A stretch of 64,000 nt of DNA. It comes from an uncultured Arcobacter sp. (GTDB lineage: Bacteria; Campylobacterota; Campylobacteria; Campylobacterales; Arcobacteraceae). Positions 62,408-64,000 of this stretch are shown one piece after another (within the stretch, counting starts at the first letter, position 1; every line of letters begins with the position of its first letter). The stretch spans positions 576,001 through 640,000 of the forward strand of contig OZ223300.1 in assembly GCA_965140705.1 (NCBI GenBank). The letters run 5' to 3'. The translations under genes and the position numbers were made by a program. The notes beneath the pieces are model-generated. The model saw nothing but the letters and a program-made list of their open reading frames with translations. It did not search any database and was not told the DNA's origin.

Positions 62408-63556
62408 ATGATAGATAGAATAAATAAAAAATATTTACTTGTTTTATTGGCAATTCTATCTGCTATTTCACCTATTTCAATTTCAACATATTTACCTTCT
62501 ATGCCAAGTATGGCAGAATATTTTAAAGTTAATATTTCAGATATTGAATTTAGTCTATCAATATTTATGTTAGGATTTTCTCTTGGACAATTATTTGGTG
62601 GACCTTTTTCTGATAGAAAAGGTAGAAAAATTAGTTCATTAACAGGTTTGTTTGGTTTTGCCTTTTTTAGTTTTCTTATAGTTTTTAGTACAACGGTATA
62701 TGAATTATGGATTTATAGATTTTTAGAATCTTTTTTTGGTGGTTTTATTGCAGTTAATGCAACAGCAATAGTTCGAGATTTATTTTCAGGTAAAGAAGCA
62801 GCTAGATTTTTTTCTCTTTTAGGGAGTGTTAGGAGTATTGTTCCCTTACTTGCTCCTGCTATTGGTTCATTCATTTTATTTTTTTCTTCATGGAAATCAA
62901 TTTTTATATTTTTAACAATATATTCGCTTATTCTTGCATTTCTAATTATAAAAGATATTGAAGAGACATACACATATACAAAAAGAAATATAATTAATTC
63001 CTATAAAATTGTACTAAGTCATAAAAAGGCAATGACTATGATGTTGGTATTGGCATTAGGTTTTTCTAGTATGTTTTCAATTATTACAAAGTCTTCTTTT
63101 ATTTATATGCAATACTTTAAAGTATCTTCAAATACTTTTCCAATTTATTATGGACTAAATTTTGTTTTACTTGGTATTTGTGCCTCTTTTAATGTAAAAT
63201 TTATTCAATATTTTTCACAAGAAAAGATTTTAAGATTTGCAATTATTATGCAAATTATACTTAGTACTATTTTTTCATTATTCTACCTTGAGTTGAATCT
63301 TATTTCTTCAGTTATTTTGATAGGTTTTTATATTGCAATGAATGGATTGATTTATGGAAATGCAACTGCTTTAGTACTTGAAAATTTTCCTGAAAATGCT
63401 GGTGTGGCTTCAGCATTAATTGGAGTTATTCAGTTTGGTTTAGCTTCAATAATATCTTCAATTATTGTCTCTTTTCATGGACATACATTATTATCTGTGG
63501 GAATAGGAATGATGATTATATCTATAAGTTCTTTCATAATTTTAAGAAAATACTAA
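62408..63556 (+). CDS. Bcr/CflA-family MFS efflux transporter
   Basis: YLPSMP, GPFSDRKGRK and AIVRDLF motifs; about 12 TM segments. Confidence 0.88.
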   Translation: MIDRINKKYLLVLLAILSAISPISISTYLPSMPSMAEYFKVNISDIEFSLSIFMLGFSLGQLFGGPFSDRKGRKISSLTGLFGFAFFSFLIVFSTTVYELWIYRFLESFFGGFIAVNATAIVRDLFSGKEAARFFSLLGSVRSIVPLLAPAIGSFILFFSSWKSIFIFLTIYSLILAFLIIKDIEETYTYTKRNIINSYKIVLSHKKAMTMMLVLALGFSSMFSIITKSSFIYMQYFKVSSNTFPIYYGLNFVLLGICASFNVKFIQYFSQEKILRFAIIMQIILSTIFSLFYLELNLISSVILIGFYIAMNGLIYGNATALVLENFPENAGVASALIGVIQFGLASIISSIIVSFHGHTLLSVGIGMMIISISSFIILRKY

Positions 63557-63595
63557 AAATGATAAAAAGATTAATCATTTTTAGTATTTCATGTC

Positions 63596-64000
63596 TTAGT
63601 GTTGTAAAAGTTTTATTGCAGTTGATGTCTCTTCTGCTGCATCTAATAACATAGGAAGAACTGTCTGTTTTAAAAGTTCAGGGTTCTTATAACTTATATG
63701 GGAACCAATATTCATAGCTCCAATCATTTTATTATTTCTATTATAAATAGGAACAGCAAGTGAAACTAATCCATCTTCAACTTCTTCCTTAACCATGTAA
63801 TATCCATTATTTCTATATTCCTGAACTTCATCAAATAGCTTATATGGATCCATTATACTATTTTCAGTGTATTCTTTTAAAGGGAGTTTTAAAACATATT
63901 CGTATAACTCTTTTTCTTCCATATGAGCCATAAAAAGTCTTCCCGTGGCAGTATATGCAGCTGGTAATCTAGTTCCCACATGAATACCTTCATTTAATAC
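63596..64000 (-). CDS. IclR-family regulator (PcaR/PobR-like), C-terminal part; 5' end outside the window
   Basis: Frame stays open to the window edge; VGTRLPA..TATGR and GY....EE.E.GL.SLAVP motifs. Confidence 0.85.
   Translation of the reverse strand, partial: VLNEGIHVGTRLPAAYTATGRLFMAHMEEKELYEYVLKLPLKEYTENSIMDPYKLFDEVQEYRNNGYYMVKEEVEDGLVSLAVPIYNRNNKMIGAMNIGSHISYKNPELLKQTVLPMLLDAAEETSTAIKLLQH

Noticed and set aside
1..64000. CRISPR arrays, tRNA/rRNA genes, IS elements, prophage
   Set aside because: By eye there are no regularly spaced repeats, cloverleaf or rRNA-like GC-rich tracts, transposases or integrases, and intergenic spaces are short. No dedicated scan was run.

Overview
AT-rich, gene-dense chromosomal window from a Campylobacterota bacterium. 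Gene content and order suggest Arcobacteraceae; this is an inference, not a database result. Housekeeping genes include thrC, argB, addA, atpB, ilvA, metE, trmD, rplS, coaX, hisG, trpS, serS and rpsO. There is a long mixed operon: nucleosidase-like, SPL-family radical SAM, patatin, znuCB, dedA, SDR, mgtE. The window also holds an XRE-cupin/NDH-2-like/ald islet, an aapJQMP amino-acid ABC transporter, a complete napAGHBFLD periplasmic nitrate reductase operon next to siroheme/Moco genes, two chemoreceptors, an arsRBC-arsP operon, and the 3' part of an IclR-family gene. I saw no rRNA, tRNA, CRISPR array or transposase. Best leads: (1) a Cys-rich 115-codon leader ORF ending in RRTGVHPP just upstream of metE, built like a ribosome-stalling sensor uORF; (2) a Crp/Fnr regulator coupled to a NarX-type nitrate sensor that has no kinase, with an FNR-type box in class II position at napA; (3) a stand-alone protein carrying an FrpC-like Asp-Pro self-processing module; (4) a decayed duplicate of the radical SAM gene's 3' end that marks insertion of the patatin gene.
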